A stretch of 48,090 nucleotides of DNA from Verrucomicrobiota bacterium (lineage in GTDB: Bacteria > Verrucomicrobiota > Verrucomicrobiia > Methylacidiphilales > JBCBYL01): assembly GCA_039815855.1 (NCBI GenBank), contig JBCBYL010000001.1, positions 1 to 48,090 on the forward strand. Reading direction: 5' to 3'. The notes under the pieces are model-generated. The model was given only the letters and a program-made list of their open reading frames with translations, had not been told where the DNA came from and made no database searches. Both the position numbers and the translations under genes were made by a program. Position 1 is the stretch's first letter. Each line of letters starts with the position of its first letter. Below are positions 1 through 10,486 of the stretch, piece after piece.

Positions 1-2
1 AA

Positions 3-818
3 AACCTGCCGAATGCCGACCAATACATTGCGGGCTTTTTTTACGGCTCTGACGGTTGGACCTCCACGCGCGACTTCTGCAGTAAAAATGATTTCCGGGG
101 CATGCTGGAAATTAAGCGTTCCTGGTTTTCGCAACGCATCTGGGGACGATTGAGCTATAACCCCGACATACCGGATGATGTATTCATTGATGAGATGAAA
201 TATCGCTGGCCGGATGTCGATGCAAATGCCCTATTCAACGCCTGGAAACATGCATCAAGCGGTTTACCGCTGGCCACGGAAGTCATTCAGGGCAAATGGG
301 ATCTGGACTTTGAATGGTATCCGGAGCTTTGCCAGAAGATGAACAGGTTCCTTAAAGCCGCCGACTTTAGAAAAACAACCCCGCCCCCGGGCTCAAACAT
401 CTGTAAAATTACAGACACCGCAAAAAACACATGCGCTCCAGACAAAATTTCCGCCCTTGAAATTGCCGATCAAATAGCAGAGCGGGCCCAAACGGCACGT
501 GCTTTATTAGAAACACTGGACCCCTGCGGACACAAAGATCTTCAAATTTACCTGCAGAATATTTCGGCACAGATCCACCTCAGTTTCTACTACGCCGACA
601 AGATTCGAGGAGCCGTCCATCTGGCGGCCGGAAATACGCCCGAAGCAAAAAAGGCCCTCGAAAAGGTGGCGTCTAACTGGCTGAACTATTCAAGCACCAT
701 GGATGCGCTCTACACAGGGTCCGGCATGGTGAGAACCAAGAGTTTTAAAAACTGGCATCAATGGGACTCACACGTCAAAAAGGAATATGCGGAATTATCC
801 GGTGCCACAGCGGAATAG
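3..818 (+). CDS. 3' part of a larger gene whose 5' end lies outside the window. It is a probable accessory or helical C-terminal domain of a glycan-processing enzyme. Family not recognised.
   Basis: The frame is open from base 3 (NLPNADQYIAGFFYGSDGW...) through the ATG at 102 to the stop at 816-818. The W-x-RIWGRLSYNPD motif resembles C-terminal regions of large PVC/Bacteroidota glycan enzymes, but I cannot name the family. Confidence 0.5.
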   Translation, partial: NLPNADQYIAGFFYGSDGWTSTRDFCSKNDFRGMLEIKRSWFSQRIWGRLSYNPDIPDDVFIDEMKYRWPDVDANALFNAWKHASSGLPLATEVIQGKWDLDFEWYPELCQKMNRFLKAADFRKTTPPPGSNICKITDTAKNTCAPDKISALEIADQIAERAQTARALLETLDPCGHKDLQIYLQNISAQIHLSFYYADKIRGAVHLAAGNTPEAKKALEKVASNWLNYSSTMDALYTGSGMVRTKSFKNWHQWDSHVKKEYAELSGATAE

Positions 819-962
819 CGGCGGAAAAGAAAGAAACAAAGAAAGGAATGCCCTGAGTGCATCACTGTCAGGGCCGCGAGGAGCGGCAATATGCCGCGTG
901 AAATCCGAGCTTTCAAAGGGGGTATAGTATCGTTCATACGACAGGGATGGGGATAGGGTGGG

Positions 963-1889
963 TCAGGATTGAGAACCGCGAGACCGCGCATTGTTCCGAT
1001 AAGCTGACGGAGAGCGGCCTTCAAGGCGATTGAAACAAGCAATCATGCGGTGGGAATTCTCGAAGCCGCACATGTAGGCAATAGATTTGATGGGAAGCTC
1101 TGATTTGATGAGCAGTGCCTTCGCGCGCTTGAGGCGGCATTGAATGAGATGCTCTTGGACGGTCATTCCATACGCTTCCTTGAATCGGCGCTGCAGGGTT
1201 CGCAGGCTGATATTTGAATGCTTCGCAATTGTCGCCAGATCGACAGGACGGTGAGAGTTCTCGATCACAAAGGCATAGCTCTGCTGGACGTCCGTTTGGA
1301 TGAGTTTGCGCTGTTTGGCCTCTGCTTTGTTGCGGGACAATGACGCCTGCTTCTCAAGACTTTCGACGATTAAGCTGAGCCCGGCCAATCCTGAGCTGAT
1401 GCGATTTTCGCCCTCGGCAGCTTGGGCCTCGCGGAAAATGCGCCTCAGTCCTGTTGCGATGCGTTTCACCGCCATATTGTGGAGCATCATCGCGTTGCTT
1501 GGCAGGATGCCTAAGTTTTGCAAGCGGTGCAGGTGTTGGCCGTTCAAGCTGATCCAAACTTCATGCCACCCCGATTGTTCGCTGGGTCGGTAGGTATGCC
1601 ACTTTCCGGGAACCAAAAAGATGCCCGAGCCCGCGCAGAATCGTTGGGGACAGCCTTGCACGGTTTCGAAGGTGCCTTCGCCCTTAGTGATCATGATCAG
1701 AGAGAAATCTGAATAGACGCGACCGGTAGCCGGATCGAAATGATATTCGTCTGGATGGCTCTTGGGAGGGTAGGGCGACCCGGGCGCGCATTCCGATTCC
1801 CCCACGCAGGTCAGATAGCACTCACTTTGCAGTGTCGTATCGCCCACTGGCGGATAATAGAACTGCGATTTGCTTTCTCGATGGCGCAT
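963..1889 (-). CDS. AraC/XylS-family transcriptional regulator (cupin sensor plus double HTH)
   Basis: 308 aa. The N-terminal half is cupin-like (GIFLVPGKWHTYRP). The C-terminal region is an AraC-type HTH (LATIAKHSNISLRTLQRRFKEAYGMTVQEHLIQCRLKRAKALL...IAYMCGFENSHRMIACFNRLEGRSPSAYR). The gene is divergent from the operon starting at 1999. Confidence 0.85.
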   Translation of the reverse strand: MRHRESKSQFYYPPVGDTTLQSECYLTCVGESECAPGSPYPPKSHPDEYHFDPATGRVYSDFSLIMITKGEGTFETVQGCPQRFCAGSGIFLVPGKWHTYRPSEQSGWHEVWISLNGQHLHRLQNLGILPSNAMMLHNMAVKRIATGLRRIFREAQAAEGENRISSGLAGLSLIVESLEKQASLSRNKAEAKQRKLIQTDVQQSYAFVIENSHRPVDLATIAKHSNISLRTLQRRFKEAYGMTVQEHLIQCRLKRAKALLIKSELPIKSIAYMCGFENSHRMIACFNRLEGRSPSAYRNNARSRGSQS

Positions 1890-1904
1890 TATCTACATCG
1901 TATA

Positions 1905-1946
1905 TCATTTCGTTTAAATGACGATCATTTGTATTTTGAGTCATTT
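1905..1946. promoter_or_regulatory. Candidate operator repeats in the AraC/isomerase divergent intergenic region
   Basis: TCATTT occurs at 1905, 1925 and 1941, with an inverted AAATGA at 1916 (TCATTTcgtttAAATGA). All lie in the 109-bp A+T-rich divergent region. No experimental or consensus support. Confidence 0.2.
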
Positions 1947-1998
1947 TCTTGGATGATCAGGAGAGATCCAAACGCAATAACGTAATCAACATTCTATC

Positions 1999-3432
1999 AT
2001 GCATACTCCGTTCCCCCTTTTAAAAGCTGGCTTGTTTTCAATTGGTTTAGATACCTACTGGGATCAGTTTCCCGGATTAAAAGAAAACCTGCTGGGTCAT
2101 CATAATCAGATCGCCGAGCGTATCGGGGCGATGTCTGTCGATGTTGTCGATGCCGGATTGATCGACACGGTGGAAGGTGCCCGGGCTGCAGCAACCCAGT
2201 TCAAAGCTGCTGATGTCGAGGTTCTGTTTCTCTTCGTGTCGACCTATGCGTTATCATCGACCGTCTTGCCAGTGGTGCAGAAGGTAAAGGTGCCGGTAGT
2301 CGTATTGAACCTTCAGCCGGTCGCACAGTTGGATTACGAGAAGTTTAATGCCCTCGGTGACCGTGGCATCATGACCGGGATGTGGCTGGAGCATTGCCAG
2401 GCCTGCTCGGTGCCTGAGATTGCTTCGGTGTTCAATCGCGCCGGGATCGATTACCACCTCGTCACCGGTTATCTGGAGCAGGAGTTCGCATGGACCGAGA
2501 TTCGCGAGTGGGTTGATGCGGCGCGGGTGGTGTCCGGCATGGCGCGCAATCGTTTGGGCGTGCTCGGGCATTACTACTGCGGGATGCTGGATGTCTATAG
2601 CGATATGACGCAACAGTCTGCTGCCTTCGGCACGCACTTTGAAGTGCTCGAAATGTGTGAGCTCCACGCGCTGCGGGAGGCCGTCACGACGGAGCAGGTG
2701 ACTGCCAAGATCGGTGAGTTCCGCGAGAAATTTGAGGTTTCGCCGGAATGTGAACAGGGTGAACTTGAACGGGCGGCGAAGACTTCGGTGGCATTGAATC
2801 AGTTAGTCGAGAAACATCAGCTTGGCTCAATGGCCTATTACTATGAGGGCACACCGGGGAGCCCTTATGAGAATATCGTGACCTCGGTCATCGCGGGCAA
2901 TACTTTGCTCACCGGAGCGAATGTGCCGGTGGCTGGCGAATATGAAATCAAGAATGCACAGGCGATGAAGATGATGGATCTGCTGGGTACGGGTGGCTCT
3001 TTTTCAGAGTTTTATTTATCCGACTTTGTCGATGACGTGGTCTACCTCGGCCACGATGGCCCGGCACATTTCGCGATTGCGGAAGGTCGTGTGGGCTTGG
3101 TTCCGGTTCCCGTCTATCATGGTAAGCCGGGCAAAGGACTTTCGATTCAGATGACCGTCAAACACGGTCCGGTCACCTTGCTCTCAGTCGTGCAACACCG
3201 CGACGGCTCGGTCAGCTTGCAGGTGGCCGAGGGTGAGTCCGTGCCCGGCCCGGTGCTTCAAATTGGCAACACCAACAGCCGCTACCAATTCGCCATTTCC
3301 GCTACTCAGTTCATGAATGACTGGTCGCAGGGCGGCCCATCCCATCACTGCGCGATTGGAGTGGGGCACGTTGGCTCAACGTTAAATAAAGTAGGGAAAC
3401 TACTGGGTATCGAAACACTCCAAATCTGTTAA
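1999..3432 (+). CDS. L-arabinose isomerase (AraA)-family sugar isomerase
   Basis: 477 aa. The C-terminal half aligns from memory with E. coli AraA, including the metal/catalytic positions: AGEYE~AGEGD, SFSEFY~SFMEDY, LGHDGP~LGSHML, GGPSHHC~GGAHHT. Confidence 0.7.
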   Translation: MHTPFPLLKAGLFSIGLDTYWDQFPGLKENLLGHHNQIAERIGAMSVDVVDAGLIDTVEGARAAATQFKAADVEVLFLFVSTYALSSTVLPVVQKVKVPVVVLNLQPVAQLDYEKFNALGDRGIMTGMWLEHCQACSVPEIASVFNRAGIDYHLVTGYLEQEFAWTEIREWVDAARVVSGMARNRLGVLGHYYCGMLDVYSDMTQQSAAFGTHFEVLEMCELHALREAVTTEQVTAKIGEFREKFEVSPECEQGELERAAKTSVALNQLVEKHQLGSMAYYYEGTPGSPYENIVTSVIAGNTLLTGANVPVAGEYEIKNAQAMKMMDLLGTGGSFSEFYLSDFVDDVVYLGHDGPAHFAIAEGRVGLVPVPVYHGKPGKGLSIQMTVKHGPVTLLSVVQHRDGSVSLQVAEGESVPGPVLQIGNTNSRYQFAISATQFMNDWSQGGPSHHCAIGVGHVGSTLNKVGKLLGIETLQIC

Positions 3433-3460
3433 TTAAACATCACGTTAAAATAGTAGCTCA

Positions 3461-6094
3461 ATGCCCTCGATGAAAATGATTCTAAAACAAGTCATCTTAG
3501 CCATCTCCGTTATCATGCTGGTGATTTTACAGTCATGCAACATGACGGCTCAGACGCTTGAGCAATCGTTTCGTGATCCACCAGATTCCGCTAAGTGCTG
3601 GGTCTATTGGTGGTGGATGCATGGGTGGATCGATGAAGCAGGGATCCGGGCGGATCTGGATCATATGCAGGAGGTCGGCATTTCCGGTGCGCTGGTTTTT
3701 CAGGCCGGCGGTGGGAAGACTCCATTTAAGACGGAGTTTCTATCGGAGCGTTGGCAGGAGTTGTTTCGGTATGCGGTTGAACAAGCTGCGCTCCGAGACA
3801 TCGAGATTGGCCTCAATCTCTGCGATGGTTGGAATGCCGGAGGCCCTTGGATCAGCGAAGAATTCGGGGTGGTCGGCTATACACCAAAGTATCAAAAAAC
3901 CACGATGGGTGCCCAGCGTGGGAGGGAAGTGGATCCTTATCATGCCAAAGCTATGGATCTGCATTGGAAGCACACGGTCGAGAATATTCTCAGCAATGCA
4001 GGCGAGGCATGGTGTGAGCAGTATGTGGGATCCACCTTCAAGTATACGCACATCGATAGTTGGGAGCGCGGCTACCCTACGGAATCACCCGTGCTGGCGG
4101 ATGAATTTCTTAAGCGGCGTCAGTATCCTTTGGGCAGTGAGTCGGGTGAGCGTTACGACGAGGATTTTCATCGGACTCTGACCGAGATTTGGGCTGAAAA
4201 TTATTACCAGCGTCTCAGCGAGCTGAGTAATGCCCGCGGCTTGCAGACGCATTCCGAGGCCGGTGGCTGGGAATACAGTAAGCTCCTGGATGCGCTGCGC
4301 TATGTCGGCGAGCAGGACATCGCCATGTGTGAATATTGGTCCCGACCCACCCGCGGATTTACAGGCAAGCTACGGCAGGTAAGCTATCCCAGAGGTGGTA
4401 AAAAGTTTCCTTCTGAATATCCTCTGGAATATCATGACCACGTAAAGACCACCGCATCTGCAGCCCACATTTACGGCAAGCAAATCGTTCAGGCGGAAGC
4501 CTATACCCTCTGGGCTCCGGGGGGCGGCTACGACAATTTCACGATGACGTTCTGGGAGATGAAGGATATTGGCGACCGCGCCTTCTGTCAGGGGTTGAAC
4601 CGAAATGTCTTTCACCATATGATCGCTCAGGCAGGGGAGGGACTGAAGCCGGGCTACGTTTGGACGAATGTAGGCTTTGATTACCTGCGAACCAATTCAC
4701 TCTGGCCCATGGGGCGCGCGGCGCTGATGTACAAGAGCCGAGTGCAACACTTGCTACAGCAGGGACACTATGTGGCGGACTTCCTCTATTTTCATGGGAA
4801 CCATGTCCCTGTGACCATGCCTTCAAGCGTATTTCTAAGTCCGAAGTTACCTGAGGGAACCCAGGCTGACTTAGTCAACGCACATGCCTTGCTAACGCGG
4901 GCTCAAGCCCGGGACGGCAGGATCGTTTTCCCTGACGGGCAGTCGTATGCCTATCTGGTTTTATGCAAGAGCGCACTGAAAACGCTCTATGCCGAAGCAC
5001 CGGTCGATCCGACCGATGCACTCTCAACGGTTGTCATGGAAAAGCTGCATGCCCTAGTGGATGGAGGAGTGACCTTGATCGGGCCGCCGCCGTCGCGTTC
5101 CTTTGGAGTCGTGGTGGACCCTGAATCCGAAGCGCAGTTTGAGAGAATAAGAACCGCCTTGTGGGGGGATGCCCCAGCCGAGTCCGGCAATCGCACGGTG
5201 GGGGCCGGCCGTGTCATCTGGGGCCACAGCTTAGAGAAGGTCGCCGCCATGGATGCGCTCAGCCCGGATCTTGAGATCGTCGAAGATGCGGCGACCAAGG
5301 CATTGCCCGATACGGTGAAGACCGAGCAGTTCGGACCCGGGTTCGATTATATTCACCGTACGATTGATGAACTGGATGTCTATTTTGTCGCGAACCTGCG
5401 GCAGGTCGGTGCGGGTGGCAAGTTCACGTTCCGCGACTCACAGGCTCCGCAGATATGGGATCCGGTAACCGGTGAGGTTTATAATGTCTCAAAGTATGAG
5501 AAGGTTGATGGTGGCCGTGTGGCTTTGAACTTAGCTTTTGAGCCACGTCAGAGCTTGTTTGTTGTCTTTGGTAATGCTGAATTATCGCATCCAGAGTACC
5601 ACTACAATCAGTTTAGGTTCACGGAGACTGTTGAAGGCCCATGGGAGGTGGCTTTCGATCCGACTTGGGGTGGACCTGAGTCGATCACCTTTCCTGAATT
5701 GATCGATTGGACGACCCACTCCAAGAATGGTATTAAATATTATTCGGGAACGGCGCGATACAAAACCACGTTCGAGCTTCCTGCTTATTTGGAGGAAACG
5801 GATCGGCCAGTGTATTTGAATTTGGGAACCGTGAAGGAAATGGCGGAAGTGTCAGTGAACGGAGAATCTCTGGGAATCGTATGGACGGCTCCGTTCCAAA
5901 TCGATATTTCCTCAGCGCTAAAGTCGGGCGCCAACACCCTTGAGATAGATGTTTGTAATGTGTTCTCCAATCGGATGGTGGGGGATAAACTACTCGGTGA
6001 AAACTATACCACGACCAATTCCAAAGTCGGTGATCAACTTTATCCCTCCGGGTTGTTGGGACCGGTCAAGCTGGGATTGCCCGAAAAGCCATAA
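3461..6094 (+). CDS. GH106-like glycoside hydrolase (alpha-L-rhamnosidase-type family), secreted or lipoprotein
   Basis: 877 aa. Signal peptide has a lipobox-like ILQSC. N-terminal motif is F-RDPP..AKCWVYWWWMHG...GIRADLDHMQEVGISGALVF. The C-terminal galactose-binding-like domain reads VNGESLGIVWTAPFQIDISSALKSGANTLEIDVCNVFSNRMVGD. This layout is typical of Pfam Glyco_hydro_106-type proteins. Confidence 0.65.
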   Translation: MPSMKMILKQVILAISVIMLVILQSCNMTAQTLEQSFRDPPDSAKCWVYWWWMHGWIDEAGIRADLDHMQEVGISGALVFQAGGGKTPFKTEFLSERWQELFRYAVEQAALRDIEIGLNLCDGWNAGGPWISEEFGVVGYTPKYQKTTMGAQRGREVDPYHAKAMDLHWKHTVENILSNAGEAWCEQYVGSTFKYTHIDSWERGYPTESPVLADEFLKRRQYPLGSESGERYDEDFHRTLTEIWAENYYQRLSELSNARGLQTHSEAGGWEYSKLLDALRYVGEQDIAMCEYWSRPTRGFTGKLRQVSYPRGGKKFPSEYPLEYHDHVKTTASAAHIYGKQIVQAEAYTLWAPGGGYDNFTMTFWEMKDIGDRAFCQGLNRNVFHHMIAQAGEGLKPGYVWTNVGFDYLRTNSLWPMGRAALMYKSRVQHLLQQGHYVADFLYFHGNHVPVTMPSSVFLSPKLPEGTQADLVNAHALLTRAQARDGRIVFPDGQSYAYLVLCKSALKTLYAEAPVDPTDALSTVVMEKLHALVDGGVTLIGPPPSRSFGVVVDPESEAQFERIRTALWGDAPAESGNRTVGAGRVIWGHSLEKVAAMDALSPDLEIVEDAATKALPDTVKTEQFGPGFDYIHRTIDELDVYFVANLRQVGAGGKFTFRDSQAPQIWDPVTGEVYNVSKYEKVDGGRVALNLAFEPRQSLFVVFGNAELSHPEYHYNQFRFTETVEGPWEVAFDPTWGGPESITFPELIDWTTHSKNGIKYYSGTARYKTTFELPAYLEETDRPVYLNLGTVKEMAEVSVNGESLGIVWTAPFQIDISSALKSGANTLEIDVCNVFSNRMVGDKLLGENYTTTNSKVGDQLYPSGLLGPVKLGLPEKP

Positions 6095-6127
6095 CACAAC
6101 CGCCATTATTTTAGAATAATCCGATAT

Positions 6128-8803
6128 ATGAAACGCTTATCTACCATCGTTCTAGTATTGGTTACTTTACTGACAAGCGGTATTCGCGCTCAGTCGCTTG
6201 ATGAGGCCTTTGCGGCTCCACCCGAATCTACCCAAGCGTGGGTGTATTGGTGGTGGCTGAATGGTCGGGCGAGTCAGGAGGGGATCACCAAAGATTTTGA
6301 AGAGTTTAAAGAGAAAGGGATCTCTGGAGCACTGTTGTTTGATGCCCAAACTGGGGGGCCCGACGTGCCCGAGGGGCCGGTTTTCATGAGTCCGGAGTGG
6401 CGCGAACTTTTTAAACACTCCGTGAAAGAAGCTGATCGACTGGGCATTACCCTGACGGCAAATATGACCCGTGGCTGGAATGCCGGGGGCCCCTGGGTCA
6501 CTCCCGAGCACGGGATCAAACAGATCGTTTTCAGTGCGAGTCAGGTAACGGAGCCGGGACAAACCGATAGGGTTTTGCCACGGCCTGCCAGTAAGAACCG
6601 TCCCTACTGGGATGTGGCGGTCCTCGCCTGCCGCCTGGACGATGGAGCCGACTCGGAGACCGAGGTATGGCCACTCGACCAGATCTTGGATTTGACCAAG
6701 CTTATGGATGAGGATGGGCGACTCGTCTGGGACGCGCCCGCCGGGAATTGGAGTATTCTGCGCATCGGTTTTATTGCCAATGGAAAGCGGGTTGCGAAAA
6801 ACAAAGGTCCATCAGGTGGCTTGGAGATCGACCCCATGAGTGCCGAGGCCATGGACCTGCAGTTTGCGAACACGGGAGCCAAGATGATCGAGGATGCCGG
6901 TGAGCTCGCGGGAAAGTCCTTTCAATACCTGCACATCGACAGTTGGGAGATCAAACAACCGGACTGGACGCCAAAGATGCCGGAGGAGTTTCTCAAGCGT
7001 CGCGGATACGATCTGACGAAATGGCTGCCGGCTCTCTGTGATCGTCAAGTGGGCAGTGTGGAGGAGACCGAGACGTTTCTGCAGGACTTTCGCGTCACGG
7101 TGTGCGACCTGATTGCGGAATATTATTACGGCCGTTTGGATAGGTTGGCAAAGCAGCACGGATTGCTCGGATCACATTCCGAAGCCGGTGGTCCCATTGG
7201 AGGGGCTCACACTTTCTGGCTCGATGCGCTCAAATTTCACGGCGTCACGGCCATGCCGATGGGGGAGTTTTGGATCGGACGTTTTGAAAAGGGGGATGCC
7301 ACCTATAGCCGCAATCACACCATCAAACAAATCGCCAGTGCGGCTCATATCTATGGAAAAGAGGTTTGTCAGGCGGAGGCCTATACCACCACTGCTGATT
7401 TATTCACGAGTGATCTTTACAAGATCAAAGCCGTCGGTGACCTGGCCTTTTGTGATGGCCTGACTCGAATGGTGTTTCACCAGTGGATTCACCAGCCGGA
7501 TCCGGAGATGATTCCCGGATTGTGGTCGCGCGCGCGCGGTGGAAAAGTCGACATTGGAACCAAGTTTGGCCATACGCAAACCTGGTGGCCCATGGCCAAG
7601 GGCTTTTTGGATTATCTGGCACGTTGCCAGTATCTCTTGCGCCAGGGAACCTTTGTGGCGGACTTCGCCTACCTCCTGGATGAGCGCATCCCGTCCTATG
7701 TCCTCGCCCGGGATCAGCAAAAGCCGCTATGTCCTACCGGATACGACTATGATGCCCTCAATGCTGAGGTTTTGCTGAAGCTTTCATCGGCCGTGGATGG
7801 ACAACTTCAGTTGGCAAGCGGTATGCGCTATCGCTACCTCGTGCTACCCCCTGGGCCGAACGCAATCCTATCCCCGAGTACCCGGGAAAAGATCAAAGCA
7901 CTCGCGGCAGCTGGCGTGCAGGTCATCGGACCCGGCTACCGGGAAGGTACACTGGAGGAGATCACCCGTGCGGATGGACTGCTTCCAGATATAGAGTTCC
8001 TTGAACCTTCGCCCGGCGCCCGTTTTGAGCAGATTCATCGTCGTGATGGGGAGACGGAAATTTATTTCATCAGTAATCAGTCTCTTGAGGAGGTTTCTGC
8101 GAACGTCGCCTTCCGGGTTTCCGGCAAGCAACCTGAACTCTGGAACCCGGTGACGGGCAGCACGCGAGATCTGCCCGAATGGAGTGAAGAGAACGGTTGC
8201 ACCGTGGTGCCGATGCGCTTCGCCGCCAAAGAGAGCAGCTTTGTTGTCTTTAGCGTGAAAGCACAGCCGAGTGAAGTGAATGGGGCGAAAAACTTCCCTG
8301 AGCACAAGCCAGTCCAGACGCTTAAGGGACCGTGGCAGGTTTCGTTTGACCCAAAATGGGGAGGTCCGGAATCCATTAACTTTGATGAACTGATCGATTG
8401 GACGGAGCGGCCGGAAGAGGGGATCCGCCATTACAGTGGACGTGCCACGTATCGTCAGACCTTTGACCTGCCGAACAAGCTTCCAGCGGATCAAGTCATC
8501 ACGCTCGATCTCGGCGAGGTCCACTGTATTGTGCGGGTCACTCTGAACGGGAAGGACCTTGGGGTGGTCTGGACTGCGCCTTGGCAGGTGGACATCAGCG
8601 ATGCGGTCAAACCCGGGAACAATCAGCTCGAAATCGAAGTCACTAATCACTGGATCAACCGAATCATCGGTGATGAAGCACTCCCGCCTGAAAAACGCTT
8701 CACCCAAACCAATGTGGTCTCCAAAGGCCTATCCTTGCAGCCATCTGGGCTGCGAGGCCCCGTCAGCTTATTGATCTCAGAAAGCCAAACTAGTAATGAA
8801 TAG
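6128..8803 (+). CDS. GH106-like glycoside hydrolase, tandem paralogue of 3461..6094
   Basis: 891 aa with a signal peptide. It shares N-terminal (FAAPPESTQAWVYWWWLNG...GITKDFEEFKEKGISGALLF), central (HSEAGGP, AAHIYGK..VQAEAYT) and C-terminal (LNGKDLGVVWTAPWQVDISDAVKPGNNQLEIEVTNHWINRIIGD) motifs with the upstream gene. Confidence 0.65.
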   Translation: MKRLSTIVLVLVTLLTSGIRAQSLDEAFAAPPESTQAWVYWWWLNGRASQEGITKDFEEFKEKGISGALLFDAQTGGPDVPEGPVFMSPEWRELFKHSVKEADRLGITLTANMTRGWNAGGPWVTPEHGIKQIVFSASQVTEPGQTDRVLPRPASKNRPYWDVAVLACRLDDGADSETEVWPLDQILDLTKLMDEDGRLVWDAPAGNWSILRIGFIANGKRVAKNKGPSGGLEIDPMSAEAMDLQFANTGAKMIEDAGELAGKSFQYLHIDSWEIKQPDWTPKMPEEFLKRRGYDLTKWLPALCDRQVGSVEETETFLQDFRVTVCDLIAEYYYGRLDRLAKQHGLLGSHSEAGGPIGGAHTFWLDALKFHGVTAMPMGEFWIGRFEKGDATYSRNHTIKQIASAAHIYGKEVCQAEAYTTTADLFTSDLYKIKAVGDLAFCDGLTRMVFHQWIHQPDPEMIPGLWSRARGGKVDIGTKFGHTQTWWPMAKGFLDYLARCQYLLRQGTFVADFAYLLDERIPSYVLARDQQKPLCPTGYDYDALNAEVLLKLSSAVDGQLQLASGMRYRYLVLPPGPNAILSPSTREKIKALAAAGVQVIGPGYREGTLEEITRADGLLPDIEFLEPSPGARFEQIHRRDGETEIYFISNQSLEEVSANVAFRVSGKQPELWNPVTGSTRDLPEWSEENGCTVVPMRFAAKESSFVVFSVKAQPSEVNGAKNFPEHKPVQTLKGPWQVSFDPKWGGPESINFDELIDWTERPEEGIRHYSGRATYRQTFDLPNKLPADQVITLDLGEVHCIVRVTLNGKDLGVVWTAPWQVDISDAVKPGNNQLEIEVTNHWINRIIGDEALPPEKRFTQTNVVSKGLSLQPSGLRGPVSLLISESQTSNE

Positions 8804-10379
8804 GCCCCTGAAACTCGTTTCGATTTTTATTGGTATCTTAGGGTGCCCTGTGGTGGCTGCCTTACCAGCAACAGAGTGTCCGAATGTGCTCTTCATCATG
8901 TGCGATGACCTCAATGACTGGGCGCTTCACCCGGCGGATCACCCAGAGGCCATCACACCCAACATGGATCGGCTGCGTGAGCAGAGCGTCAATTTTACCA
9001 ACGCCCACGTGGTGATTCCCGTTTGTGGACCTTCACGGAAGATCCTTTTTTCCGGCCTCTACCCTCACACCTTCCAGAGTTATGCCTTTAAGTCATGGAA
9101 GGCTGAAAAGATTTTGCGGAACTGCGTGCCGCTGCCACTACATTTTCGTAACCATGGGTACTCTGTTTACGGTACGGGGAAGCTGCTGCACGAAGGGAAG
9201 GGCGGCGACTTCTATGACGACTATGGCATCGGCGTGGATTACGGGCCTTGGTCTAAGGAAGGCGAAGGGAAGGGCAAGACCAGCTGGGTGCATCCGCGGT
9301 TGGAGGCCAAGTATGGCAATTCGATCCGCCATCAGGACTTCAGCTATGGCCCGCTTTCTGAAGTCCCAACCTGGAGTCCGGATCGAAAGAATGCCGGACC
9401 GAATGGCTGGTTCTACAAGGGCGGTAAAGCCTTCCGCTATGAAAGCGAAACGGATCGCGACCTGATGCCGGATGAGATTTCAGCGAACTATGCCGTCAAC
9501 ATCCTTCGGCAAACACACGATAAGCCCTTCTACCTGGCCGTCGGATTTGCCCGACCCCACACCCCGCTCTATGCGCCCAAGAAGTTCTTCGACATGTATC
9601 CGATCGAGTCGATTACTTTGCCTCCGACGCTGGAAGGTGATCTCGATGATTGTGCGGAAGCCTTACGCAAACGGTGGGTGCGCAGTTACGATAACTTTGA
9701 TAAGATCATCGAGCTCGGAGGCGAGGACTTATGGAAGGAATGGCTTCAGGCTTACCTTGCCTGCGTGAGTTTCGTCGACCATCAGTTGGGCACTGTTCTG
9801 GATGCGTTGGAAAAGAGCCCTCACGCAGACAACACCATCATCGTCTTTACCAGTGATCACGGCTACCATATCGGGGAAAAGGGCGCGAAGCAGAAGTGGC
9901 ACCTCTGGGAGGAGTCGACCCGCGTGCCCTATTTTATTCATCTTCCAGGTGGGAAGGGTAATGGTAAGGACTGCCCGCATCCAGTCACAACCATCGACCT
10001 CTATCCCACCCTGGCCGATCTCTGTGGCTTGCCGCTGGATCCGAACACGGACCGTAGCGGGATCGCCCTCGATGGTCACTCCCTGCGCCCATTCTTAGCA
10101 GACCCGTTGACTAAACAATGGTCCGGCCCCTCCGTTGCTTACATGGCCGTAGGCAAGAGTTTTCAGGATGCCAAGGGCTGGGGACTGGAGCCTCATCACT
10201 CCGTGCGCTCGGAACGCTATCGCTACACGCTCTGTCAGAATGGGGAAGAAGAACTCTACGACCACGAGAACGATCCGCATGAGTGGACCAATCTGGCGGC
10301 AGATCCCGAGTATGCTGAAGTCAAAAAGGATTTAAAGGCGTCTCTGGTGAAACTCCTTGGAAAAGAGCACTCTGATTGA
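8796..10379 (+). CDS. Formylglycine-dependent sulfatase (family S1, iduronate-2-sulfatase-like)
   Basis: 527 aa with a signal peptide. Metal-site start is PNVLFIMCDDLND and the Cys-type FGly motif is VCGPSRKILFSG. Later motifs FTSDHGYHIGEKG and LYDHENDPHEWTNL are present. The start overlaps the upstream stop by 8 nt. Confidence 0.9.
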   Translation: MNRPLKLVSIFIGILGCPVVAALPATECPNVLFIMCDDLNDWALHPADHPEAITPNMDRLREQSVNFTNAHVVIPVCGPSRKILFSGLYPHTFQSYAFKSWKAEKILRNCVPLPLHFRNHGYSVYGTGKLLHEGKGGDFYDDYGIGVDYGPWSKEGEGKGKTSWVHPRLEAKYGNSIRHQDFSYGPLSEVPTWSPDRKNAGPNGWFYKGGKAFRYESETDRDLMPDEISANYAVNILRQTHDKPFYLAVGFARPHTPLYAPKKFFDMYPIESITLPPTLEGDLDDCAEALRKRWVRSYDNFDKIIELGGEDLWKEWLQAYLACVSFVDHQLGTVLDALEKSPHADNTIIVFTSDHGYHIGEKGAKQKWHLWEESTRVPYFIHLPGGKGNGKDCPHPVTTIDLYPTLADLCGLPLDPNTDRSGIALDGHSLRPFLADPLTKQWSGPSVAYMAVGKSFQDAKGWGLEPHHSVRSERYRYTLCQNGEEELYDHENDPHEWTNLAADPEYAEVKKDLKASLVKLLGKEHSD

Positions 10380-10486
10380 GGAAGCTCAATAATCCGATCT
10401 TCTAGCGCTGTCCCCCCTCCTGTCCGCCATAGCCCTAATACTGTCTGGCCTTATTGATCGCGTTCGTATATATGAATGATTGCAAT

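Noticed and set aside
7868-8707. 279-aa antisense ORF. Other long shadow ORFs of the same kind: 30872..31687(-), 37180..37890(-), 18703..19365(-), 3558..4181(+), 24193..24789(+), 45177..45680(+) and 46902..47462(+)
   Set aside because: All lie entirely within or antisense to genes with strong family signatures. They are Arg/Pro/Gly-rich, as expected for off-frame translation of moderately GC-rich coding DNA, and contain no recognisable motifs.
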